Part shown: piece by piece, positions 50,554 through 60,274 of the stretch
How positions within the stretch are numbered: position 1 is the stretch's first letter
Layout: each line of letters opens with the position of its first letter
Source: Candidatus Bathyarchaeota archaeon
GTDB lineage: Archaea > Thermoproteota > Bathyarchaeia > 40CM-2-53-6
Length of the DNA: 64,000 bases
Assembly: GCA_963733055.1 (NCBI GenBank)
Contig: CAVTBR010000001.1
Coordinates: forward strand, 384,001 to 448,000
Reading direction: 5' to 3'
Program-made: the position numbers and the translations under genes
The notes under the pieces: generated by a model
Database searches by the model: none
Told to the model about the DNA's origin: nothing
Seen by the model: only the letters and a program-made list of their open reading frames with translations

Positions 50554-50596
50554 AAGGACCCGCACCCAAATAGGTTCAAGTCCTCCGGACCCGCCA
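50554..50596 (+). repeat. Degenerate direct repeat copy B, ending in a tRNA-3'-like CCCGCCA
   Basis: AAGGACCCGCACCCAAATAGGTTCAAGTCCTCCGGACCCGCCA. Confidence 0.6.
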
Positions 50597-50671
50597 CATC
50601 TACGGTTCGCCATCACAGCCATAGCCCTTAACCTCCGCAGAACCAAGAGTACTTGCGCAAGGCGATAGCGG

Positions 50672-51544
50672 ATGGTTACTTTAGCTGTGATTGTACCATG
50701 TCGGAACGACTGCGACGCAGCGGAGAAGTTGGTTTCAAGTTTCAGTGAACAAACCATTCAACCAGACAAAGTTGTCGTAGGTCACGATAAGTGTCTTGGC
50801 CAGAGTGGATGCGCCCAGTTTGGAAACAAAGCTGCAACAATCAACTTCTACGCCAAGCAGCTCGACACCGACTACATTGTAGTTTTGGATGCCGACATGG
50901 AGTTAACGCCAACATTCTTTGAGGCATTCAAGATCGCCTTCCAACGAACAATGCCGACCGTAGGCAGCGGCGTTGTCTACGCACTATCAGAAAACACGGC
51001 GGCGAGGAAGAACCGACTTATTGGATTCGGTAGTGGGGCAATGCGCTGGTATTGGTTCGGGGGATGCATGTACATGCGAAGAAGCTTCCTCGTAGCCAAC
51101 CCTATGCCTACGGAAACTGTACTTGAGGACGTTGTTTACGGTAAACTACTCGAGAAGAGGGGAATCAACGCCGAATTCGTTCCCAACGCTGTCTGTTTCA
51201 TGTGGAGGAAGAACGAGACCTTAATCCGACAACTACGAAGACAAATTCGGTTCATGCTGGGATCACTCGAACAAACCCGTTTCCATCTGAGTCGACACAC
51301 GCCTGCCCTTTACGCAGCCCTTTCCACCGGCTATGTTCTTACTCTGCTGGGGGCTTTCAGACTTAACCTGGTTTTTGGATTCAGCCTATTTCTCGGCTAC
51401 ACTCTCCTAGTTGCAGCATGCTATTACTCCGGCTCTCAGTATGAAGAGAACGGTCTCGCCGTCACTCTCACATACAGCCTCTTGTGGCTTCCAATCCGCT
51501 GCTACACGTTTGCACTGTTTATCGCAAGGAAGAAGATATGGTAG
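50672..51544 (+). CDS. Glycosyltransferase family 2 with C-terminal TM helices
   Basis: VIVPCRN, NKAAT, VLDAD (DxD), LED, RRQIRF. Confidence 0.85.
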   Translation: MVTLAVIVPCRNDCDAAEKLVSSFSEQTIQPDKVVVGHDKCLGQSGCAQFGNKAATINFYAKQLDTDYIVVLDADMELTPTFFEAFKIAFQRTMPTVGSGVVYALSENTAARKNRLIGFGSGAMRWYWFGGCMYMRRSFLVANPMPTETVLEDVVYGKLLEKRGINAEFVPNAVCFMWRKNETLIRQLRRQIRFMLGSLEQTRFHLSRHTPALYAALSTGYVLTLLGAFRLNLVFGFSLFLGYTLLVAACYYSGSQYEENGLAVTLTYSLLWLPIRCYTFALFIARKKIW

Positions 51545-52014
51545 GCGTCGCCCCTACCAAGAGGAATCAACCTGCCAATATACGGCAGAACTACCCATCA
51601 CTCTTGTTTGAGTTTCCGAAATCCTTACGGCAGTCGTTGCAGTGATCGGATGGAGCATTCCACTTTAGGACGCATCCACGTAGATTACCCTCGAAGGGTA
51701 AATCGTGCTTCCTGGTTTCGCGAAAATGTTAGGGAACCTTGTAAAAGGAAGAATCGAGACCAGAATGCGAGAAGAACTTACGATGGTAAAATGAACACTC
51801 GAAGAGACCTAGCCGTAAAACTCACTGACCCAGTGCCGGTTACTAGTAAATTGGGGCTGAAAGCCCGAGGATGCGTGCTTCTTCTCTGTTTCACTATCTC
51901 GTGTATCTTTCCCTGGCCCTTGACTTGTAATGGAGCAGTAGGGCTTATTTCATCTCCTTTTCTAAAAGGCTCTTTAATCCGAGTGAACCTAATTCTCTTA
52001 CGGAAGCCTCGGAT

Positions 52015-52452
52015 TTGGGTCGGTTGAGGTGTAGAATTCTTCTTCTGGGAATGTTCTCGCTTCTGATTGCGACTCTCCCAAATGCGTTCGCGCAGCCTCC
52101 ATTCGTCGTTCAGAGCGTTAACTACGATTTCCCGTCTTCGATAACCCCGGGGCAGCAGACTACCGTCAAGACTCACCTTACGGCAACATGCATTCAGTGG
52201 GCGCCCTACGCGACCGAGTACAGTATCCGCGTCGACCTAACTAACCCAGCCACGGGCTTTGTTTTGTCAACCACTACCTATCAGGTCGGGTACGCGCAGA
52301 CATACATTGACCAGGTTTTCCTTAACACCGCCACGGCACCCAATTCCACGGGCACATGGTTGCTCAGGGTTGATGTATACGTTTGGGGGGGAAGCGGACA
52401 GCTGCTGGTTCACCTGTCGGATAACGCGAAGCTCCCAGTTGGAGGGAGCTAA
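52015..52452 (+). CDS. Secreted/surface hypothetical protein (beta-sandwich-like)
   Basis: Signal peptide ending AFA-Q; TAP..TGTWLLRVDV. Confidence 0.7.
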   Translation: MGRLRCRILLLGMFSLLIATLPNAFAQPPFVVQSVNYDFPSSITPGQQTTVKTHLTATCIQWAPYATEYSIRVDLTNPATGFVLSTTTYQVGYAQTYIDQVFLNTATAPNSTGTWLLRVDVYVWGGSGQLLVHLSDNAKLPVGGS

Positions 52453-52520
52453 GTGCGCAGGTTCCGTTGAGGAAACTTGGAGAGTCGCGTAGCTTAACGT
52501 CTGCAGCGTTCCGTGTGGGT

Positions 52521-53042
52521 TTAGTTAAATTGGAAGTCTGCCGTCCATGTTCCAGAGATTGGTGCTGGTTGGTTTAGCTGGATTTGGCTGAAGTCTGAGC
52601 TTACGAATGTGATTGTTCCGTCGAAGACGCCTGTTCCCTGCGTCGAAGTTAGAGTGCCGCTCCATTCGCCCTGGCCGATGAAGGCAGCCCGCCCGCACCA
52701 GAAGAGGAAGTAGCACGCGTAAACTGTGCCGGACACTTGCTGAATGGACCCCGATAGGCTGCTGCCGTTACGTGTTCCAACCCATAATCCGCTGGCAGTT
52801 ATTGGTATTTGGCCGATTGAGGTTTGAAGAATTCCATTGAGGATCATATTCATCGATACCGAGTTTGTATTGACCATTGCGTTCTCCAGGTTCCCGTTCA
52901 ATGAATATCCGGTTAGGTCTAACGCGAACGTACCCTGGCCTGCGCTCGCCATTACCGGAAGGAAAGAGTAACTTAACGAGGCAACAATTAACAACAATGC
53001 TACACCAAAAACTGCAAGACGGTTCAAGTTCGTCATACACAA
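52521..53042 (-). CDS. Secreted beta-rich hypothetical protein
   Basis: N-terminal hydrophobic signal; repeated G-x-W-x-G strands. Confidence 0.7.
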   Translation of the reverse strand: MCMTNLNRLAVFGVALLLIVASLSYSFLPVMASAGQGTFALDLTGYSLNGNLENAMVNTNSVSMNMILNGILQTSIGQIPITASGLWVGTRNGSSLSGSIQQVSGTVYACYFLFWCGRAAFIGQGEWSGTLTSTQGTGVFDGTITFVSSDFSQIQLNQPAPISGTWTADFQFN

Positions 53043-53336
53043 TCTTCCTGGTGCGTCGCTTTCGCAGCTTAAGAATGGGCTGTGACGCGAACACGTCTAT
53101 AGCAACGCGTAGCTGAAGTGTTGAAAGAAACCGGGGTTTAGCGAGTGATCTCGCATTCCAACCCCTGAATACACGTCACTGAGGATCAGGGGACAGTCAA
53201 TAGGACAATGCAGGTACCAATTGAACTGTCGATAAAATCAAGTACCTACAAAACATCTAAGCGCAGTTGGTTCGATGTAGCGCCAGTTTTGACGGATCCC
53301 TGCAGCTATTCGTCAGCGTCTAAGTCTTCTGGTTCT

Positions 53337-54971
53337 CTACTCGGGAGGTATCATTCTGTGCATCTTATCGACGGGTATGCCTCTTGACTTCTGTATGGTG
53401 TAGGATACGAAATAGATGACTAACCCAATCACGAATAGCGCCGCAACCACCGTGATGTACGACGGGTTGAGTGGCCCTACCAAAGCCGGCAGCAATGAAG
53501 CGTAGGCGATCAATAGTCCCATCGGTATGCAGATAGCCCCCACGATCACGATTATTGGTACTCCCGCTATCTTTCTAGTTGTGAGCGGCGGTGAAAGGTT
53601 GAAGACATCTCCGCGGACTCGTGGGAAGAGCACTCCCGCTAGGCCTACGATCGCCACGCTGATGAAGGAGCCCGTTATAACGTATGTGAAGAATGCGGCT
53701 ACCGATGTGTAGACTGTTAAGTAGACAAACAGCAAGTCTATGATAATTACGGTCGCAGTCGCCACGTATGGCACATGATACCTCTCGTTGACTTCGCTGA
53801 ATTTTCTTGGAATAACTGCGTCGAAACTCCAGGCGAACAAGCATCTAACCGACGTAAAGCTCGCCGCGAGCATGTACCCGAATAATGTTGCCAACAACCC
53901 TATACCCATGATCCATTCAACGGCTGCGTTCTTGGTGCCATATCCAGCCAAGAATTGCAGTATAGGTAATCCTGTGGGAAGGGTATACGCGGGGTTCGCG
54001 TTCAAGGCGAGATACGCAATCGACGCCAGAAAGTCATGGCCAATTGATGAATAGGTTACGAGCGCTACAAAGAACATCAGCACGATGTACACGATTGGAG
54101 CTCCCAACATCGCAATCACCTGCGAGCGTTGCGGGTTCTTCACTTCGCCACCAGTGTAGACTGATGCTGTGAACCCCCACACGGCTAGTAGAGTGTAGAC
54201 CACGCCGAGCATTGTATCCGAAGCATTGAAGGACAGGTTTGCCCCCGCGCTCTGCGCAGTAGATATGACCGTGTTGTATGGTGTAGTTGAAAGTGAGTTG
54301 AAGTTTGAAATGAACTGTGCGACGGGTGTGGTGCCCATTGCGAAAAGATATACTATTACGGAAAAAGTGGTTATAACGAAAAATAGGCCCTTGAGCTTGA
54401 AGGTGATTCCTGTCCCGAAGAACAATGCTATGGGCAGGATGACCGCGAAGATTGCCCCTATAATGAATTGATTGGAAGTAGTCGTCAGGCTAGTGGCCAA
54501 GGTGGCCAGGCCGGGATCTCCGTTTATGCCGCTCAGAGCGTTGAGCATCGGGCCTAACGCCATCGTACTGATCCACACGGCTTCGACGCCAATCACCGAG
54601 ATATTGATGATCGTAGCGACAAAATTGAGCATGAACCCTATCGATGGGTGAAGGATCCGGCCTACGAAGACGTAGTCGCCCCCGGACCGCGGAAATGCTG
54701 CAGAAAACTGCGCGTAAATGTAGGCTACTAGGAGGGAGGGAATCAAAGCGAGCAGCGCTGAAACGGGAAGATAGGCTCCAGGAAAGAGTCCTTGGCCTAT
54801 GACCAAGAAGATTAACATGAATGCTGGGCTAGTGAACATCAGATTCAGGACGAAGGCCCTGTACGCTGAGATTTCTCGAACGAGTCCGGTTGCTTCTCTT
54901 TCGAAAACTTTGCCTTTTGACAACGAACTCACCGATTGCTGAGTCCAGAGTCCAAATATAACATTTGGCAT
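53337..54971 (-). CDS. APC family amino acid/amine permease
   Basis: FEREATGLVRE, FPRSGGDYVF, GGEVKNP, about 12 TM helices. Confidence 0.92.
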   Translation of the reverse strand: MPNVIFGLWTQQSVSSLSKGKVFEREATGLVREISAYRAFVLNLMFTSPAFMLIFLVIGQGLFPGAYLPVSALLALIPSLLVAYIYAQFSAAFPRSGGDYVFVGRILHPSIGFMLNFVATIINISVIGVEAVWISTMALGPMLNALSGINGDPGLATLATSLTTTSNQFIIGAIFAVILPIALFFGTGITFKLKGLFFVITTFSVIVYLFAMGTTPVAQFISNFNSLSTTPYNTVISTAQSAGANLSFNASDTMLGVVYTLLAVWGFTASVYTGGEVKNPQRSQVIAMLGAPIVYIVLMFFVALVTYSSIGHDFLASIAYLALNANPAYTLPTGLPILQFLAGYGTKNAAVEWIMGIGLLATLFGYMLAASFTSVRCLFAWSFDAVIPRKFSEVNERYHVPYVATATVIIIDLLFVYLTVYTSVAAFFTYVITGSFISVAIVGLAGVLFPRVRGDVFNLSPPLTTRKIAGVPIIVIVGAICIPMGLLIAYASLLPALVGPLNPSYITVVAALFVIGLVIYFVSYTIQKSRGIPVDKMHRMIPPE

Positions 54972-55078
54972 GACTACTCCATCCTTTTCGTGGCCTTGGG
55001 GTGTTTTGAACGCTCTAATTTGCGGGTGAGGACAAGATTCATGAATGCTACCTCGTTCAGCCCCTCTTGGTTTGAATC

Positions 55079-56398
55079 ATGTCTGAAAGCGAGGCTGGAT
55101 GGGATCAAAATGTCAGATACTTGGATTTGGTGGTTAAGAAGAATCCCAACCTAGTTTTATTCGCCGCAGAACTTCATCAACGAAACCTCATCCCAGTAGA
55201 CACGTTCGTTCTGGACCTCGACGCACACGTCCACAACGCGAAAGCAATGATCGCGGAGGCAAGAAAGTTTGGAATCAAATTGTATTACATGAGTAAACAA
55301 ATCAACCGTAACCCAATCGTTACGCAGGCGGTAGTGAACACCGGGTTCAACGGTGTTGTCACGGTAGAGCCTCAGGAGATGCGCAGCCTGGTAAGGTACG
55401 GCGTTAAGATCGCACACGTGGGACACCTGGTTAACGTTCCAGAAGCTGAAATCGACTACGTCCTGAAAAATGCGCGACCCGAAGTGATTACGGTTTTTAA
55501 TGAAGAAAAGGCAAAGATGATTTCAGACCGCGCTGAGCGTCTCGGGTTGAAGCAGAATCTTCTGATCCGCCCCATGAGTAGGGACGATGTCCTCTACCCG
55601 TACATGGAGGGAGGAGTCCCCGAGAAGGACGCGTTAGATCTCATCAAGAAGATCAATTCGTTTCCGAACACGAAAGTGGAAGGCGTCACCAGCTTTCCCT
55701 GCATCCTCTACGATCTCAAAACAAACAGGCCGGTATTCATGCCAAACATGGACACTATCACTCGTACCGCCATAGAAGCACGGAATCAGGGCATACCGAT
55801 GCCGCAGGTTAACGCGCCACCCATGTGCATCACAAAGACCATTGAATTGTATGCCAAGAGAGGCGCGACTCATCTTGAACCTGGGCTGGGAATGACGGGC
55901 ATGTCACCGTGGCACCTCTATCAACCCGAACTACATCCAGAGATTCAAGCGGCAGTGTACGTGACGGAGGTTTCCCACTTCTATGATCAATACGCGTACG
56001 TTTACGCGGGAGGGCTCAATTACATAGAGATATTCGAAACTGCATACGACGGGAAAAGTTTCGTAGCTGATCCAGCTAAGTTGAAAATGAAAGCGATGGT
56101 GGGACGAACTCCTGAGCAACTGATGTACAATCCAGTTGAAGCCGAGCACTATAACGGCATCATTGACTACCATGCCAGGCTTTACAAGAAGCCATCAGTC
56201 AAAGTAGGAGACACGGTAGTTTACGGGTATCGAACTCAGATGTTCGTAAACAGGGCCCAAATAGCAGTGGTTTCCGGACTGAGAGATAACAACCCGCGAC
56301 TATTGGGATTGTTCGATCACGCGAACAACCTCATCGACCGACATGGGCATTTGCTCGGCGAGCAGAAGACCATAGACTTGATTCAAGAGAACTCATAG
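55079..56398 (+). CDS. Alanine-racemase-fold PLP enzyme, YhfX-like
   Basis: YYMSKQINRNP (PLP Lys), HVGHLV, TSFPC, EPG, YVTEVSH, RTQMFV. Confidence 0.85.
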   Translation: MSESEAGWDQNVRYLDLVVKKNPNLVLFAAELHQRNLIPVDTFVLDLDAHVHNAKAMIAEARKFGIKLYYMSKQINRNPIVTQAVVNTGFNGVVTVEPQEMRSLVRYGVKIAHVGHLVNVPEAEIDYVLKNARPEVITVFNEEKAKMISDRAERLGLKQNLLIRPMSRDDVLYPYMEGGVPEKDALDLIKKINSFPNTKVEGVTSFPCILYDLKTNRPVFMPNMDTITRTAIEARNQGIPMPQVNAPPMCITKTIELYAKRGATHLEPGLGMTGMSPWHLYQPELHPEIQAAVYVTEVSHFYDQYAYVYAGGLNYIEIFETAYDGKSFVADPAKLKMKAMVGRTPEQLMYNPVEAEHYNGIIDYHARLYKKPSVKVGDTVVYGYRTQMFVNRAQIAVVSGLRDNNPRLLGLFDHANNLIDRHGHLLGEQKTIDLIQENS

Positions 56399-56429
56399 AT
56401 TCGATAGATACAATGTAAGGATTCTTCAA

Positions 56430-56900
56430 ATGGCGTTGAACATCCGCAACTTTCGTGAATCAGACGCGAAAGAAACATCAAAGATGCTACTGGACGCGTT
56501 CAAATGGTTCCACAAACGGAGTAAACGGTCATGGTTATGGAAGTCCCTCCAGCCCTCCACCGTCATTGCTAACAGTAGAACTCAGGACATTCTCGTCGCT
56601 GAGAAGGCGAACCATATTGTCGGTTACATATCATCCACGACAACCCCCTTCAAGGTTGCCTACATCCCTATGGTAGCAGTTGCTTCGCATAAGCAGAATC
56701 TGGGAATTGGAACGCTTCTACTAAACAGAAAGCTGAACTACCTTCGCAAACAGAAGGTTCGCAAAGTCTGGCTGCTAGTCACGAATTCAAATGTTCGCGC
56801 GATAACATTTTACTTGAAACACAAGTTCGTGATTGAGGGATACTTACGTGATCACACAGGCCCGGGATCTGATGAAGTACTGCTGAGCAGGTTCCTGTAG
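56430..56900 (+). CDS. GNAT N-acetyltransferase
   Basis: VAV...QNLGIGTLL, N..AITFYLK.KF. Confidence 0.9.
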   Translation: MALNIRNFRESDAKETSKMLLDAFKWFHKRSKRSWLWKSLQPSTVIANSRTQDILVAEKANHIVGYISSTTTPFKVAYIPMVAVASHKQNLGIGTLLLNRKLNYLRKQKVRKVWLLVTNSNVRAITFYLKHKFVIEGYLRDHTGPGSDEVLLSRFL

Positions 56901-56909
56901 AATCATTAG

Positions 56910-58076
56910 GTGGGCCTATCGATGCGTGTAGTCGGATTCATGTCAGGCACGTCTCTAGACGGGTTAAGCATAGCATACGTGGAAATCGACGGAACGAAAC
57001 CACCGTTTTCCTCAAAATTCATCGCGGGCAGAACATTTCCACTACCTGAGAGTTTGCGAGCCCCCCTCCTCAAGTTAGCACAGTCCGGAAATGTCACGTC
57101 TCAAATTGTGGCAAATTGTCATCGCGAGTTCGGTGTGCTAGCAGCCAATTCACTGGAAATCTTCCTTCACGAAGAATCTTTACAGTCACCAGAGCTAATG
57201 GGCTTTCATGGGCAGACAATCTTCCATCAGCCAAGTGCAGATGGAACGACGACGTTACAAATTGGCGACCCATCTCCTCTCTGTTCCCGATTCAATGTTC
57301 CAGTCGTATCAGACTTCAGAAGTATGGACACAGCCGTAAATGGACAGGGCGCGCCGCTCGTTTCGGTCGTTGACTATCTCAAGTATCGCTCTGATAATGG
57401 GACGCGGGTAATTCTGAACCTAGGAGGGATCTCTAATGTTACAGTATTGCCCGTAGGCTGCGACTTAACCGGCGTCCTAGGTTTTGATGTCGGTCCCGCA
57501 AACATCCTGATCGACGCAGTAGTTGACCAACTCACCCATGGCAAGTTGAAGTATGATGCTGAAGGGGAAATGGCATCGCGAGGAAGCGTTTCGAAAGAAC
57601 TGCTTGACTCAATTACGCAGACCGACGACTATAGATTCTTACCGTATCCGAAGACAACCGGTCGAGAGAGGTATGGTCTCAGTTTTGTGGAGAAGATTCT
57701 GAGCAAAGCGAACGAGTTGAAATTAGACCCGAATGACGCTGTGGCGACGACGTCGCAGTACACGGTGTTCATGATTACGTATCACCTCACGAAGTTGAAA
57801 GACAGAGGACTGAAGCTGACCGAGTTAATTATTGGCGGCGGCGGTTCGAGAAACAAGTACCTTGTTCAAGAGTTAAAACAGAACAATCCGGAAATGACGA
57901 TTAAATTCCATACCGATTATGGTGTACCTTCAAGCTACTGGGAAAGCTACGCGTTCGCCGTGCTCTCTTACCTGGCACATCTGGGTTTTTCAGGAAATGT
58001 TCCATCCGTGACTGGAGCTTCGAGACAAGTCCTGCTGGGGCGCATTAATCGTCCCGCTAAACAGATCCTCACCTAG
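56910..58076 (+). CDS. anmK: Anhydro-N-acetylmuramic acid kinase
   Basis: MSGTSLDG, GFHGQT, LQIGD, DFR..D...GQGAPL, NLGGISN, FDVGPAN, PKTTGRE, GGGSRN. Confidence 0.94.
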   Translation: MGLSMRVVGFMSGTSLDGLSIAYVEIDGTKPPFSSKFIAGRTFPLPESLRAPLLKLAQSGNVTSQIVANCHREFGVLAANSLEIFLHEESLQSPELMGFHGQTIFHQPSADGTTTLQIGDPSPLCSRFNVPVVSDFRSMDTAVNGQGAPLVSVVDYLKYRSDNGTRVILNLGGISNVTVLPVGCDLTGVLGFDVGPANILIDAVVDQLTHGKLKYDAEGEMASRGSVSKELLDSITQTDDYRFLPYPKTTGRERYGLSFVEKILSKANELKLDPNDAVATTSQYTVFMITYHLTKLKDRGLKLTELIIGGGGSRNKYLVQELKQNNPEMTIKFHTDYGVPSSYWESYAFAVLSYLAHLGFSGNVPSVTGASRQVLLGRINRPAKQILT

Positions 58077-58109
58077 TCTACTCCACTCGCTGAACTAAGC
58101 GCAGCGCAT

Positions 58110-59225
58110 CTAGGAGATAGATGCGATGACTTCGTTTTGGAAATCCTGTAGGACATTAGTCCATGAGGTGCGCCGTTGCATCATTATGCCAACCGACTCA
58201 TCTGACCCCGGAATGCCTTCTCGAACTGGATGAACTCGGTTGGTTAGTAGAATTATGAAAGCGTCCCTCGCCTTGTCCAGCCAAACGGACGTCCCTGTAT
58301 AGCCGTTATGCCCGTAAGATCCAGTGGAGAGCCTTGATCCAACGGCGGGTGTCAACCGCGTTTTCACTCTCCATCCAAGGCCGTAATATGATCCCAGATC
58401 TCTCGTATGATTCCTTACCATCAACCGAATGGTTCCTTCCCGAAGAATTCTTTTTCCACCATAAGTCCCCCCGTTAAGCATCATCATACAGAATATCGCC
58501 AGATCACTTGCCGTTGAGAATAGACCCGCGTGCCCACTGACGCCGCCCATCGCTGCGGCGTTCTCATCATGCACTTCGCCCCTAATCATCCTAAACCTCC
58601 AGTTCGAGAACTCCGTCGCGGCCACGTTCTCGGCAGCAGCGAGCGGTGGCACAAATGATGTGTGTTTCATTCCTAACGGTTTGTAGATTTCGTCTGATGC
58701 AAAATGGTCTAAGGATTGGCTGCTGGCCCTTTGAACGATCTCCCCAAGAATAATGTAGGCTAGGTCACTGTAAGCGGCCCGTCTTCCCGGCGCCGATCGC
58801 AGAGGCACATCATTACAAATCCTCCAAAGAATCAACGCCCTGCTTGCCCGAGGAAGTGCGTACAGCGGTGCCCAGGCGGGTAGGCCTGATGTGTGGCAGA
58901 GCAGATGTCTGACTCGAACCTTCTTCTTGGGGCCCCTTGAGAAGGAGGGAAGCAGATCAACTACTCTAGTTTCCAAATCCAGCCGATTCTGTTCCACAAG
59001 AACCATAATGGAAGTTGCTGTGGCGATGACTTTGGTTACCGAGGCTAGATCAAAAAGAGTGTCGGGTTCGATTTTTTGTCGCTTTGGGAATATGCTGCTA
59101 TAGCCAACGGCCTTGTTCATGACTATTGATCCGTTAAGTCCAACGCAGGCAACTGCGCCGGCAAACGCATTTTGTTGTGAGCCATTTTCTATAATTCTAA
59201 AGGCCGATTCAAGTTTGTGTGACAT
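58110..59225 (-). CDS. Beta-lactamase-family serine hydrolase (AmiE-like muramoyl amidase candidate)
   Basis: FDLASVTK (SxxK), YSD, GEVHDENA..MGGVSGHAGLFST, GHNGYTG; no signal peptide. Confidence 0.85.
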   Translation of the reverse strand: MSHKLESAFRIIENGSQQNAFAGAVACVGLNGSIVMNKAVGYSSIFPKRQKIEPDTLFDLASVTKVIATATSIMVLVEQNRLDLETRVVDLLPSFSRGPKKKVRVRHLLCHTSGLPAWAPLYALPRASRALILWRICNDVPLRSAPGRRAAYSDLAYIILGEIVQRASSQSLDHFASDEIYKPLGMKHTSFVPPLAAAENVAATEFSNWRFRMIRGEVHDENAAAMGGVSGHAGLFSTASDLAIFCMMMLNGGTYGGKRILREGTIRLMVRNHTRDLGSYYGLGWRVKTRLTPAVGSRLSTGSYGHNGYTGTSVWLDKARDAFIILLTNRVHPVREGIPGSDESVGIMMQRRTSWTNVLQDFQNEVIASIS

Positions 59226-59245
59226 CTGCGCTTGTCCTCAAGCCA

Positions 59246-60187
59246 TTAGAATCTGCTAGCGCGTTTCCGTTTGCCCAGTTCGAGAGCTTTCTCAAGCGAC
59301 CCCCGCGCCGTTTTGATAAGGTCCCGTGCCGCTTGATAGTCTAAATCTTCTCTAGCCATGAGTATTGCGACGGCAACGTCCAATCGGGCCTCTTTGAGTT
59401 TTCTGAACGCCGCGTCAGATTTCAGGCCAGTTTCCGCCGCGACAATCCTTGTTGCTCTCTCTATCAGCTTCCTGCTTGTGGGTCTTAGTCCAACCATGAG
59501 GTTTCCGTGAACTCTGCCAAGTCTGAGCATCGTCACCGTGCTGACCATGTTGAGGACAAGCTTCTGAGCGGTTCCCGCTTTCATCCTCGTTGAACCAGAC
59601 AAAACCTCGCTGCCCGTCCTAGGACAGATTACGAAGTGAGCGTAACGGTAGACTGCTGAATGCGGATTGGATGTTAGCGCAACCGCCTCCGCTTTACGAG
59701 CCTTTGCAAACCTGAGCGCTGCTGTTACGAAGGGTGTGTTCCCGCTCGCTGAAATTCCGAAAACTACGTCCCTCGAACATAATCCAACTTTCTTGAGTTG
59801 ATCTACAGCTGACCGTGGGTTATCCTCCGCTCCTTCAACAGGCCTGAGAACTGCTCTGTTTCCGCCCGCAATTATCGCTCGCACAGTTTCTGGCCCGGCA
59901 CCGAATGTTGGGATGAGTTCTGCGGCGTCCATGACTCCCAGTCGTCCACTTGTCCCGGCACCCACGTAAATCAATCTGCCACCTTCCTCTAGATAGTTGA
60001 CAATCTGAAGGATAACCTTGGCAATTACGGGAATCTCTCTTCGCACAGCATCGGGAACTCGCTTATCTTCATCGTTAATGATTTTGAGAACTGAATTAAT
60101 GGACAGAGAACTCAGTCTGCGTGTTCTTGGGTTACTCTGTTCAGTCGATATGAGACCCATCCGGAACTTCGAACTTTTCATAATCAA
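59246..60187 (-). CDS. murQ: N-acetylmuramic acid 6-phosphate etherase
   Basis: TEQSNP, GAGTSGRLGVMDAAE, GAED, SASGNTPF, GSTRMKAGTAQKLVLNM. Confidence 0.95.
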   Translation of the reverse strand: MIMKSSKFRMGLISTEQSNPRTRRLSSLSINSVLKIINDEDKRVPDAVRREIPVIAKVILQIVNYLEEGGRLIYVGAGTSGRLGVMDAAELIPTFGAGPETVRAIIAGGNRAVLRPVEGAEDNPRSAVDQLKKVGLCSRDVVFGISASGNTPFVTAALRFAKARKAEAVALTSNPHSAVYRYAHFVICPRTGSEVLSGSTRMKAGTAQKLVLNMVSTVTMLRLGRVHGNLMVGLRPTSRKLIERATRIVAAETGLKSDAAFRKLKEARLDVAVAILMAREDLDYQAARDLIKTARGSLEKALELGKRKRASRF

Positions 60188-60274
60188 TCACCCTTTCCGC
60201 GGTCGGCGTATGCTTGATCTCAACTTAGTCTTTAAGCAGGTTTCTCAAGTAGCTTTGCGCGTCTGGTAGCGTAC

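Noticed and set aside
50550-50600. Functional tRNA gene
   Set aside because: Only a 3-bp T-stem, an acceptor strand one base short, and no matching 5' half; kept only as a repeat remnant.
53133-53165. GGGGTT..GCGAG-TGAT-CTCGC..AACCCC hairpin in the intergenic region
   Set aside because: Single short stem-loop with no recognisable ncRNA family features.
58110-59225. Beta-lactam resistance gene
   Set aside because: No signal peptide, an archaeal host, and a murQ/anmK context favour a cytoplasmic amidase or esterase.
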